51,429 nt of DNA from Myxococcales bacterium. Lineage in GTDB: Bacteria > Myxococcota_A > Polyangia > Fen-1088. Where the stretch lies: NCBI GenBank assembly GCA_043754455.1, contig JAYUUT010000390.1:1-51429 (forward strand), in the 5' to 3' direction. This document shows positions 10,417 through 18,294 of this stretch, one piece after another (position 1 is the stretch's first letter; each line of letters starts with the position of its first letter). Below the pieces are notes generated by a model. It did no database searches, had not been told where the DNA came from, and saw only the letters and a program-made list of their open reading frames with translations. Made by a program: the position numbers and the translations under genes.

Positions 10417-10461
10417 CCGGGACGGTCCGTAGAACTGCTCACGTGGCGATGTCTAACGAAT

Positions 10462-10507
10462 ACCCCGGCCCACAGCACCCCCCCAGCACCCCGGCCCAGG
10501 GTTGATT
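10462..10507 (-). repeat. RAYT-flanking motif B (inverted copy) with short tandem reiterations
   Basis: Reverse complement of 10489-10507, aatcaaccctgggccgggg, matches 11759-11777 at 16/19; accccggccca and cagcaccc each occur twice. Confidence 0.6.
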
Positions 10508-10764
10508 CGTAGAGGAGCCGAAAATCGACGACGCGAAAACGGCCGTATCCGGCCTTCGGTGTCGATTCCGTCCGTATTCAAGGGTCGGGCCCGCCGCGCG
10601 TTGGGGGTGGCGAAGAGAAATCACCCTCGCAAGACCTGCGAAACGACAACGCAGACATAGCTTCGCCCTTAGGCGACCGAGATGGCCCCGTCTTCCCGCA
10701 AACTGTTGGGACGCTTCCCACCCGACCATCCGCCTCCCCCCCGCTCGATCAGTCCAGCGCTGCG

Positions 10765-11697
10765 CTAGGAAGGGGCGGGGTCCAGAGGTCCCGAAGAGTC
10801 GTCAATATCCGCGGCGATGGCCACAAATCGGCGCATAGCCCAAGTTCCAGCGGGAAACAGAACATCAACGGTGCCGGTCAGAAAGTTGGCCAGGGCCGCG
10901 GCATATTCCTTCAGGAACGCACCCTTGCGCAGCAAGGCCTCGACCCGGGCCCACTTGCTTCGTGCGGCGACGGTGGGTGACATCTGGCGGCGGGGCTCGA
11001 AGGTAGACGGCGAATCTTGCCAGCGCTGCGCCAGGATGGCCCGGACGCCCATGACCCGTTTGTGCGTAATCTGTCGAATGCCAGCGGCGGTCCGCTCCTT
11101 GAATTCAAGGGTGGACTTGACCAGATCCACAAAGGCATCTTGGCTCAAGTGTTCGAACCCTTGAGGCCTTGCGAAAGTCAGCGATACGGATTGGGGCATG
11201 TCCCCATCGGCCCTGAAGAAATGGGCAGGGCGCGACGCTGTGAGAGTGCGGTCCCGGATAATCGCATCAACCGACGAGACGCCCGGCCATTGCGAAGCTT
11301 CTTCGACCAGATCAGCAGCACAAGGGTTGGCGTGGGCGTAGGCCATTTTGTCGATGATATCCTCGGGTTTGGTCAGGCGAACGACGCTGGCCTGCTCAGA
11401 CGAGAACATATTTTCCCAGCGCCCCCGCAAGGAATTCACACATTTGGCTAGATGTTTGTGGAACCGTTCGATGAAAAGGGGATAGTTCCCCTCGGAATCG
11501 TGAATACCCACCTGAACGTGATTCGACATGGCGATCGCGAACAAAACATCGATGCGATGGATCGCGGCAGCCTCAGCCAGACAATAGATGAAGGTGTTGT
11601 TTATTGCCGGGTCGGGCCGCAGCAGGAACTGCCGCTGGGCGCAGCGACGAGTGATCATGTAGGAACGATTGGGCAGAACCTGACGGGGAAGGGACAT
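10765..11697 (-). mobile_element. REP-associated tyrosine transposase (RAYT/TnpA-REP, Y1 HUH superfamily)
   Basis: PRQVLP..YMITRRC..RQFLL, MSNHVQ (HUH position), RGRWEN, catalytic YAHANP..A.LV....WPG.SS, C-terminal FPAGT. Confidence 0.85.
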
Positions 11698-11749
11698 GGT
11701 TCTGCGGGTGTCGGCGGCGTCGCCAAGAAGTTGCGCCTTCGCCGTTGGA

Positions 11750-11856
11750 ATTCAGAAAAATCAACCCCGGAGCGGGGACAGGCGGAGCGGGGACAGGGGA
11801 GCCGCAACCCCGGAGCGGGGACAGGGGAGCCGGGACAGGGGGAGCAGGGACAGGGA
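11750..11856 (+). repeat. RAYT-flanking motif B with five GGAGCNGGGACAGG units
   Basis: ttcagaaaaatcaacccc followed by five 14-mers; caaccccggagcggggacagg occurs twice. Confidence 0.85.
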
Positions 11857-11877
11857 GAATCGGGCAAAATAAACCGG

Positions 11878-12504
11878 ATGAAAACCGCACTAAGGCGCTT
11901 TACTAAGTTGTACGAGGCTACGAAGAGCAGGTCTCGGCATTGCGGACGACTGGCGCGCGTAACACTTTTCTTTTGTGCAACGGCTTCTTGCGGGGGGGGC
12001 AGGGCGCTTGTTACCAATGACCCATTGGATCAACCCCCTCCCGTCGTCGTTCTCAACGATAGCGGTTCCTCAGAGGCTCCGATACCCATCCCCGTAGATG
12101 CAGCACCTCAGGCTGACCGTCAGTCCGTATCTCCCGTGGACATGCAATCCGAAAAAGAGGCCGGTTTGACAGGTGATCTGAACACTCTTTGCGCAAACAC
12201 CGGAGGTCGTGTCGAATCCGCTAAGTGTTGCGACACCGAACCGGATTTTCCCGACACCTGTGCGGTCGGCGCTTGTGCCTGCCTGCTCGGGCTGAGTCAC
12301 GCGGTTAAATCATGCTCCTGTCCGATGGGACAGTGCTTTGTTCGAGACCGCGGTTGTGTGGTGCCCACCAACGTATGCACGCCGGGTCAGGATCAAACTT
12401 GCAACCACCATCAAGTCTCGTCGATACACGGACGCTGCAATCCGAACGCCACTTGCACTTGTATGGTCGGAACCCCGGTTCCATCTACGGGTCATTGTAT
12501 TTGA
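11878..12504 (+). CDS. Cys-rich putative lipoprotein
   Basis: ATG at 11878; TASC lipobox-like site; Pro/Asp linker; Cys-dense C-terminal region. Confidence 0.65.
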   Translation: MKTALRRFTKLYEATKSRSRHCGRLARVTLFFCATASCGGGRALVTNDPLDQPPPVVVLNDSGSSEAPIPIPVDAAPQADRQSVSPVDMQSEKEAGLTGDLNTLCANTGGRVESAKCCDTEPDFPDTCAVGACACLLGLSHAVKSCSCPMGQCFVRDRGCVVPTNVCTPGQDQTCNHHQVSSIHGRCNPNATCTCMVGTPVPSTGHCI

Positions 12505-12533
12505 GCGAAAGGCTCAGCGAGAGCATAAGCCCA

Positions 12534-12652
12534 GCGGGGGGGGCTTGGATGCCCGGGGGCGGGGTGCTTCGGGGCGGCGCGTATTTTATAGAATAAATAG
12601 GCACTATCGAACTTGACGCGAAATAAAAAAATTGTTTGAATTTCCTATGTTC
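12534..12652 (+). repeat. Dispersed repeat family A, copy 3 (full)
   Basis: gcttcggggcggcgcg...aataggca-N8-cttgacgcgaaa-N9-tgttt-N2-atttcctatgttc. Confidence 0.85.
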
Positions 12653-12693
12653 CTAGCCGTCTGGTACCGTGGCCGTCAGAATGGAGGTTCAGG

Positions 12694-13203
12694 GTGAACG
12701 TCAGGGACTTCGCTTTGGGAATGGCGGCCTACAACTCGTGGATGAACAAAAAGATCTATGACTCGTCGGCGGAGCTCTCGGATCTGGACCGCAAGCGAGA
12801 CCTGGGCGCGTTCTTCAAGTCAGTGCATGGCACGCTGAACCACATCTTGGTCGCCGACGAGTCATGGCTTCAGAGGTTCCGAGGCCAGCCAGTCACCATG
12901 ATCTCGCCCGCCCAGGAGATGCATGCGTCGTTCGCCGAACTTCGGGCCGGTCGCGAGAAGATGGACGGAGAAATCACGGAGTGGGTCGCCACTCTTGACG
13001 CCGGATTTGGCGATCGACCATTTCGCTTCTACAGCGTGACCTACCAGAAGGAACGGGTCATCCCGGGTTGGGCCGCCGTCGCCCACATGTTCAACCACCA
13101 GTCGCACCACAGAGGTCAAGTGACCACGCTTTTGAAACAACTAGGGCGCGACCCCGGATTGACCGACCTGCCGTGGATGCCATACTTCGATGAGCCGGGT
13201 TGA
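12694..13203 (+). CDS. DinB family protein
   Basis: YNSWMN, GAFFKSVHGTLNH, HMFNHQSHHRGQ, GLTDL; GGAGG RBS upstream. Confidence 0.9.
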   Translation: MNVRDFALGMAAYNSWMNKKIYDSSAELSDLDRKRDLGAFFKSVHGTLNHILVADESWLQRFRGQPVTMISPAQEMHASFAELRAGREKMDGEITEWVATLDAGFGDRPFRFYSVTYQKERVIPGWAAVAHMFNHQSHHRGQVTTLLKQLGRDPGLTDLPWMPYFDEPG

Positions 13204-13281
13204 TGATGGTTGTGCCGCGCGGTCATTCGGCTGAGATCGCCGGTCGATTTTCAAAAATTTTCTCCGGCCGATGTCGATCCG

Positions 13282-13510
13282 ATGGTGGAAGCCGAGATGG
13301 CGGAGTACGCCGCCATGGATGAAAGCGATGGCAAGCTGATCAAGGGAGCCAACGCGCTGCAGCCGACGAGCACTGCCACGACGCTCCGACTGCGCGATGG
13401 CAGGCGGATGGTCACGGATGGCCCGTTCGCCGAGACCAGGGAGCACCTTGGCGGCTACTACCTGATCGAAGTGGCCAATCTGGACGAGGCGCTCGCTTTC
13501 GCGATCCCGT
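13282..13510 (+). pseudogene. YciI/DGPF-family fragment
   Basis: LQPTSTATTLR...VTDGPFAETREHLGGYYLIEVANLDEAL; the expected termini are missing. Confidence 0.75.
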
Positions 13511-13639
13511 ACCTGGACGCGGTCCTGGCCGACCACCGCGCGTTGCTTAGCCGAGTTCGGGAAGACTGGCGCTGTCGTCGACACCACGGCACCCGAGCAC
13601 GCTCCTGCGGATGTGCGTGGCGAGGCGGCCGGTGGCGGG

Positions 13640-13900
13640 CGCGTGAAGCTGTCTTGGTCAGCGCGCGCTGATCTCGACAGCGGCATCAAGGGCTTCGTCA
13701 TCTACTGCGACGGTGACAAGGTCGGCACCTTCAAGGGCCCCGAGTCGAGCCGCAACCCCGGCTACTTTCAGCGCGGCAACTTCGGCGACGAGCCCGAGCC
13801 AGTCGTCCCCGCCGGCTCGCATCGCTACCAGGTCGCGACCGTGAACTGGTCCGACCTCGAGGGCGGCAAGAGCGCGGCCGTGGAAATCACGACGCTGTGA
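13640..13900 (+). pseudogene. C-terminal Fn3-like beta-domain fragment
   Basis: VKLSWSA.ADLDSGIKGFVIY...HRYQVATVN..LE..KS; no credible start. Confidence 0.45.
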
Positions 13901-13926
13901 TTTGAGGAGCAACAAGGCCGTCTCCA

Positions 13927-13956
13927 TTGACAGATGTACATCCGGATGTTCATTTT
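13927..13956 (+). promoter_or_regulatory. Promoter and YefM/Phd-type operator
   Basis: TTGACA at 13927; palindrome gatgtacatc; TGTACA (13935) and TGTTCA (13947) cores 12 bp apart. Confidence 0.7.
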
Positions 13957-13960
13957 CGTG

Positions 13961-14203
13961 ATGTCGAAGATCTACTCCGTCGCCGACGCCCGGACTCATC
14001 CGCCGGAAATTCTCGACCAGGTCGAGGAGGGGAAAGACGTCCGCCTAAGCAGGCGGGGCAAACTGGTCGCCGTGGTTTCTCTCAACGAACGGTACGTAGC
14101 GCTACGCGGTGAACACCCCCGATTCAGCGACACTTACGCCAGGTTTGTGCAACGACCCGCTCGAGAAAGTCGGGATCGATCCGGCGGCCTTAATGCGAAA
14201 TGA
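13961..14203 (+). CDS. Phd/YefM family antitoxin (orphan, C-terminus probably truncated)
   Basis: YSVADAR...ILDQVEEG..V.LSRRGK.VAVV; its stop codon lies inside repeat A copy 4; no toxin follows. Confidence 0.8.
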   Translation: MSKIYSVADARTHPPEILDQVEEGKDVRLSRRGKLVAVVSLNERYVALRGEHPRFSDTYARFVQRPARESRDRSGGLNAK

Positions 14204-14229
14204 GAAAATTGTTTGAATTTCTTATGCTC
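14188..14229 (+). repeat. Dispersed repeat family A, copy 4 (right half)
   Basis: aaaattgtttgaatttc (14205-14221) is identical to 12628-12644; gcgaaa-N9-tgttt spacing kept. Confidence 0.8.
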
Positions 14230-14320
14230 AAATACAACATTGTGCGGGTCGATGTTCCTGTGACCTTCTGATCCAGCTCCCCGCCTTCAGCGACCCGCCC
14301 GACCTACCGATGCTTGAAGG

Positions 14321-15337
14321 ATGATGACCCGGGGTGGATCCACCCCATCTGCTATGGCTTATCTTCTCCTGCTGTCCGTGGGGGCTTGTGGCCGTGTGGA
14401 CTATGACCTACTGGTCATCAAGTCTCCCGACACGTCGGTGGTCGTCGATGCCGGAATCAGGGATAACGGGCCGCGCCGCCGGACGGATGTGGGTGATGGC
14501 GGGTTTGCCTTGCCCCCGCCGATGGACATGGAGGGGGCGGATCGGGCCCCGGATCGGCCTGCGGCGATGAGCCCCAATGTCAGCCCCGATCTTAACTTCC
14601 GACCGATGCCTGACGTGTTCGTTCACCCGGAGGACGTCCAGCCCGATGTTGTGTCCCCGCTTGATCAGCGCCCAGATGTGACCGCTTCCGTTGACGCTGC
14701 TCGGGGTATCCCGACCCAGAGTCTGGTTGCGCACTATCGCTTCGACGAAGGCCAGGGTAACAGCACGCAGGATTCCTCAGGCCGGGGCAACCACGGCGTG
14801 CTGGTCGGTGGTCCCACCTGGACGATGGGCCGCACCGGGGGCGCGCTGCAATTCACCGCGGAAGTGGCTCGGCGGGTCGAGATCCCGGGCTCTCGCAGCC
14901 TTGATGACCTGGGACCCGCGTTTACGCTGGCCGCTTGGATTTGGACCTACGGCAGCGGCTGGCAACAAACCATTGCGTCGCGGCTTTCCAGTCAAACCAA
15001 GAACTACGCCTTCAGCTTCCTGTTTTTCCAAGACGAACTAGGGTTCGATGGCGTCAACGGGCAGGTGTTTCGCCACAAAATTGAAGGGTTCTCCAACATG
15101 CGTTGGTACCATGTGGCCGCCCGTTACGACGGCACTTCAGTGACGTTGTATCTAGATGGGGTCGTCTTGGGCACGCGGCCCATCGAAGTGGGCATGACGG
15201 ATCCGACCCAGCCGGTCATGATCGGCGCCGTTCGCGAGGGGGATAACGTATTCTCGTCGTGGAATGGCCGCCTGGATGACGTGATGATCTACGACCGGGC
15301 GCTGTCGCCCGACGAGATCGCTGGACTTGCGCGATAA
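14321..15337 (+). CDS. LamG/concanavalin A-like domain lipoprotein
   Basis: VGAC lipobox; LVAHYRFDEG.G....DSSG.GNHG; WYHVA..YDG; GRLDDVMIYDRALS. Confidence 0.85.
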   Translation: MMTRGGSTPSAMAYLLLLSVGACGRVDYDLLVIKSPDTSVVVDAGIRDNGPRRRTDVGDGGFALPPPMDMEGADRAPDRPAAMSPNVSPDLNFRPMPDVFVHPEDVQPDVVSPLDQRPDVTASVDAARGIPTQSLVAHYRFDEGQGNSTQDSSGRGNHGVLVGGPTWTMGRTGGALQFTAEVARRVEIPGSRSLDDLGPAFTLAAWIWTYGSGWQQTIASRLSSQTKNYAFSFLFFQDELGFDGVNGQVFRHKIEGFSNMRWYHVAARYDGTSVTLYLDGVVLGTRPIEVGMTDPTQPVMIGAVREGDNVFSSWNGRLDDVMIYDRALSPDEIAGLAR

Positions 15338-15367
15338 GTTCAGAACTTCAACCCCGGAGCGGGACAG
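15338..15367 (+). repeat. Isolated copy of RAYT-flanking motif B
   Basis: gttcagaacttcaaccccggagcgggacag versus attcagaaaaatcaaccccggagcggggacag at 11750; starts immediately after the LamG stop codon. Confidence 0.8.
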
Positions 15368-15380
15368 CAATGCAGCCGAG

Positions 15381-15518
15381 GCAATACCAGAAGATATTAT
15401 TGGTCTCGGGGTCAGGGCGCAGAAAGAATCGGCGTTCAGAGCACCGCCATCAGCGACTGGCTTTTCTACGACAACGCCGGCTACGAGCCGATACTTTTGG
15501 AAACAGGGACAACCCATG
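15381..15518 (+). pseudogene. C-terminal remnant of a zeta-toxin-like/COG4185 P-loop ATPase
   Basis: IPEDII in one frame, then SDWLFYDNAGYEPILLETG in another, matching the IPED.I...W.LYDNSG..P.L ending of this family. Confidence 0.6.
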
Positions 15519-15695
15519 AGCACCGAAGAATCCAAACAACGCCTCGCCGGCACAGCCCAGGAGGCCTTAGCCGCTCTACGACGTGCGCGCCTGCGGGCGG
15601 AGAGGTTAGCCCTTGCCACGGGGACGTACCTGGTCGACTCGGTCGACGGCAAGACTGTACTTGTGGCCCCACGACCCGAGGTGGGGCCTGCCTAG
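15516..15695 (+). CDS. Small putative antitoxin partner of the zeta-like ATPase
   Basis: ALAALRRAR.RA..LA..TGT.LV...DGK.V pattern; overlaps the toxin remnant. Confidence 0.6.
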   Translation: MSTEESKQRLAGTAQEALAALRRARLRAERLALATGTYLVDSVDGKTVLVAPRPEVGPA

Positions 15696-15777
15696 GGTGA
15701 TCAGGCCGCCGGCCTGCCCCGGTAGGGAGTGGCACAGTGAGAGTTTCTGTCTTTGGGGGCAAGCCCCCCTGCCGCGA

Positions 15778-17487
15778 CTAAGGCGCCGTGACGCGAACGC
15801 CTGCGGCCAGTCCTGGGGTGGGCGCGATGATGACCTGGTCACCCACATCAAGGCCCTGGCTGATGTATGCGTCGCTGTCTGTACGATCAGCCACGGACAC
15901 CGCGCGCTGTTCCGCCCGACCCGTCGGCGCGGCAATCCACACACGATCCGTGTCGGCCACGCGCACAATGGCCGTGGCCGGGATGGGGAATACGGCATCT
16001 AGCCGGGCCATGGCCATGCGGGCCGATTTGCCCTCGGCGCCCGGGGTGGGTGGCAACATCAGGGCGACATGGGTTTCGTCTCCCCCTGTTGCGGCCAGGC
16101 TGCAATCGTGGGGCTTGCCTTCGATCTCAATGCGACAAAATCCCAGTTTGCGCGCGCGATCTGCGTCCTCCCGCGACAGCGGCAGCAGGACCATCAGACC
16201 GCCGCCTTTCAGACGTACCAACGGATCTCCCGGTTTGATGGTGGCCCCTTCGGTCACAACGGCTTCAGCGATTTCCCCGGACCCCCGGGCAACCAAAGCG
16301 ACCTTTTCAAGCTCAGCCTGGGCCTCGGCCACAAGTTTGGTTTTCTCCTCGATCTTGATTTCCGCCTGACGAAGTTCCGGACGGTTTGCTGCCTGTTTCA
16401 TGCTTTCGGCCATCTGTTGATAGAAGGCCAGGCGTTCCCGGTGACGGCTGATTTCACCACGGGCGCGGCGGCCCGCCTCCAGCAAGACCACCACGTCTCC
16501 GGCGGCAAACTTGCTGCCAACAGCCAGAATTTCAACGATTTTCCCCGCTGTGGGAAGGGTCAGGGTTTCAGCGCTGGCCGCCGTCACCGCTGCGGTCCCC
16601 GGAAACCAACGGTAGACCGACGTGGGGCTTGGGGTCATCGTGCGAACGGATATCGCAGGCGGTTCGGCCTGCCCCAGCATGCGAAAGCCCAACACCCCAA
16701 CCCCAAAGGCGGCCATGATGCCTAGGGCGGCATACAGAATCCAGGGGCGGCGTTTCGGCGTTGCAACGGGTGAAGCGGGAATCACAACGGCGACAGGTGA
16801 TGGCCGGATCGGGGGTGCCTCTGCTGTTTGATCCAGCAAAGGTTCGGCAACGACGGGTCCAGGAGTCGGAACCGGGCCGGGATCCGGGATCGGGGCCTCG
16901 ATAGGGTCGCTCAGCGCCTCTAGTAGGGCGTCCGATGGGCGTACCGCCACCGTTGCGTCGCCATCTTGGGTTACGGGTTCGGGCGTGACGGCCGGGGCAA
17001 AGGGCCCCTCATTTCCTGGGTCGATGACCGGCGCCGGGGAAACGTCCTTGGTTTCAGGCTGAACGGCTGCCGCATCGGGCACTGCCCCGAAAATCAGGGG
17101 CACGGACGCCCGCACCCCCAAAGTCACGGTCATGGGCGTTTCGACATCCCGAAGTTCGCGACGGGGCAGTCCGCCCCCCGCTAAAGGAAATACAATGGGT
17201 TCGCCGTGGGGATCCTGGGGCGGTTCCAAGAATCCCAGCGACAGAAGTTCGTCAGCGAAGGCCGCCAATTGATCCACCGTCAGGTCCAGGTCGGCCTGTG
17301 CGCGTAGGCCGCCCAGCACCTGGTCCAGCGGCCGTCCATCCAGCGCCAGGGCCGCCGCATGCTCGAAATCATAAAAACGAAACGAGGCGTTGTTACGCCC
17401 GTCCCGAACTTCTACGTAATGTACGCCGTCCTCTTCGAGCCCATGGGCCTCTAGATCGCGACGAAAGCGCGGAAGCGCCTTTGTCAT
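15778..17487 (-). CDS. Membrane fusion (periplasmic adaptor) protein with N-terminal PqqD-like domain
   Basis: TM helix, barrel-sandwich/hairpin region, IPATAIV...GLDVGDQVI; N-terminal LPRFRRDL...LGFLE domain and Pro-rich linker. Confidence 0.7.
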   Translation of the reverse strand: MTKALPRFRRDLEAHGLEEDGVHYVEVRDGRNNASFRFYDFEHAAALALDGRPLDQVLGGLRAQADLDLTVDQLAAFADELLSLGFLEPPQDPHGEPIVFPLAGGGLPRRELRDVETPMTVTLGVRASVPLIFGAVPDAAAVQPETKDVSPAPVIDPGNEGPFAPAVTPEPVTQDGDATVAVRPSDALLEALSDPIEAPIPDPGPVPTPGPVVAEPLLDQTAEAPPIRPSPVAVVIPASPVATPKRRPWILYAALGIMAAFGVGVLGFRMLGQAEPPAISVRTMTPSPTSVYRWFPGTAAVTAASAETLTLPTAGKIVEILAVGSKFAAGDVVVLLEAGRRARGEISRHRERLAFYQQMAESMKQAANRPELRQAEIKIEEKTKLVAEAQAELEKVALVARGSGEIAEAVVTEGATIKPGDPLVRLKGGGLMVLLPLSREDADRARKLGFCRIEIEGKPHDCSLAATGGDETHVALMLPPTPGAEGKSARMAMARLDAVFPIPATAIVRVADTDRVWIAAPTGRAEQRAVSVADRTDSDAYISQGLDVGDQVIIAPTPGLAAGVRVTAP

Positions 17488-17523
17488 ACCCCATCCTTAC
17501 CTCTTTGAGGGCCAGGCGTCCAT

Positions 17524-18294
17524 TTAGGACCCCAGGAGCAGTTTGGCAGCGAGGCCAACCACCGCCACGGCAAAGACGACACGGATGGGCCCTTGCCCCC
17601 GTTTGACCTGCAAGCGCGCGGCCCCGTACGCGCCCACGGTGCTGCCTGCCGCCAACATGAGGCCCGAAGGCCAGTGGATCTGGCCGTACAGCGCGAAGAC
17701 CAGGACCGACGGAATTGTGTAGATGCCAACCGCCATCACTTTGAAGGCGTTCACGCGAACCAGATCGGGGGTGATTGTGTGTCGCAGCAAAGCCATGATG
17801 AGAAAGCCGACGCCCACCTGCAAAAAACCGCCGTACACCCCGATGACCGCCATTCCCACGTACGCCAACCCCAGCCGCACACGGGGCGCGGGCGCCACCG
17901 CCGAGCGTTTTTTCGGGCGCCGCAATGTCAGCACCAGCACGCCCAACATGACAAATGCCAACAGCCGTTTCCAAAGGCCCCCATCAATGTTGACGGCGAA
18001 CAGGGCCCCGGCCGTAGCCCCAGGAACCGCAACCAGCCCCAGCCCCAGCCCCAGCCGCCATTGCCCAAACCCGCCGCGCCAGAACCCCCAAAGCGCGGAA
18101 ATATTTTGCGGAATCAGGGCCACACGATTTGACCCATTAGACAGCGCGGGTGACGCCCCCATGACGATCAGTGCCGGGACCGACAACAAAGATCCACCCC
18201 CCGCCATGACGTTCAAAAATCCCCCTACGACTCCCAGCACGACAATGATTGCGTATTGGACAACCGTGAATTCAAGCGCCGCCCCCGGCGTCAC
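17524..18294 (-). CDS. TauE/SafE (DUF81) family transporter
   Basis: GGFLNVMAGGGSLL, GVYGGFLQVGVG, multiple TM helices. Confidence 0.88.
   Translation of the reverse strand: MTPGAALEFTVVQYAIIVVLGVVGGFLNVMAGGGSLLSVPALIVMGASPALSNGSNRVALIPQNISALWGFWRGGFGQWRLGLGLGLVAVPGATAGALFAVNIDGGLWKRLLAFVMLGVLVLTLRRPKKRSAVAPAPRVRLGLAYVGMAVIGVYGGFLQVGVGFLIMALLRHTITPDLVRVNAFKVMAVGIYTIPSVLVFALYGQIHWPSGLMLAAGSTVGAYGAARLQVKRGQGPIRVVFAVAVVGLAAKLLLGS

Noticed and set aside
6133-10426. tgaccgg(g)acggt at 6133 and 10414 as a target-site duplication
   Set aside because: Short, imperfect and not clearly bounding an element
11761-11856. CRISPR array
   Set aside because: Units are about 14 bp and nearly contiguous, with no unique spacers and no cas genes
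11452-11877. N-terminal extension of the 350-aa ORF 11452..12504
   Set aside because: Antisense to the RAYT and reads through tandem repeats; the real gene more likely starts at 11878
6261-14229. Repeat A as integron attC sites
   Set aside because: No RYYYAAC/GTTRRRY boxes, no long imperfect palindrome and no integrase in the window
14205-14233. dif/Xer site (ttatgctcaaat resembles a XerD arm)
   Set aside because: No XerC arm at the right spacing, and other repeat copies do not keep this end
15755-15768. Hairpin gggggcaagccccc as an intrinsic terminator
   Set aside because: No U-tract 3' of the stem on either strand; function cannot be supported
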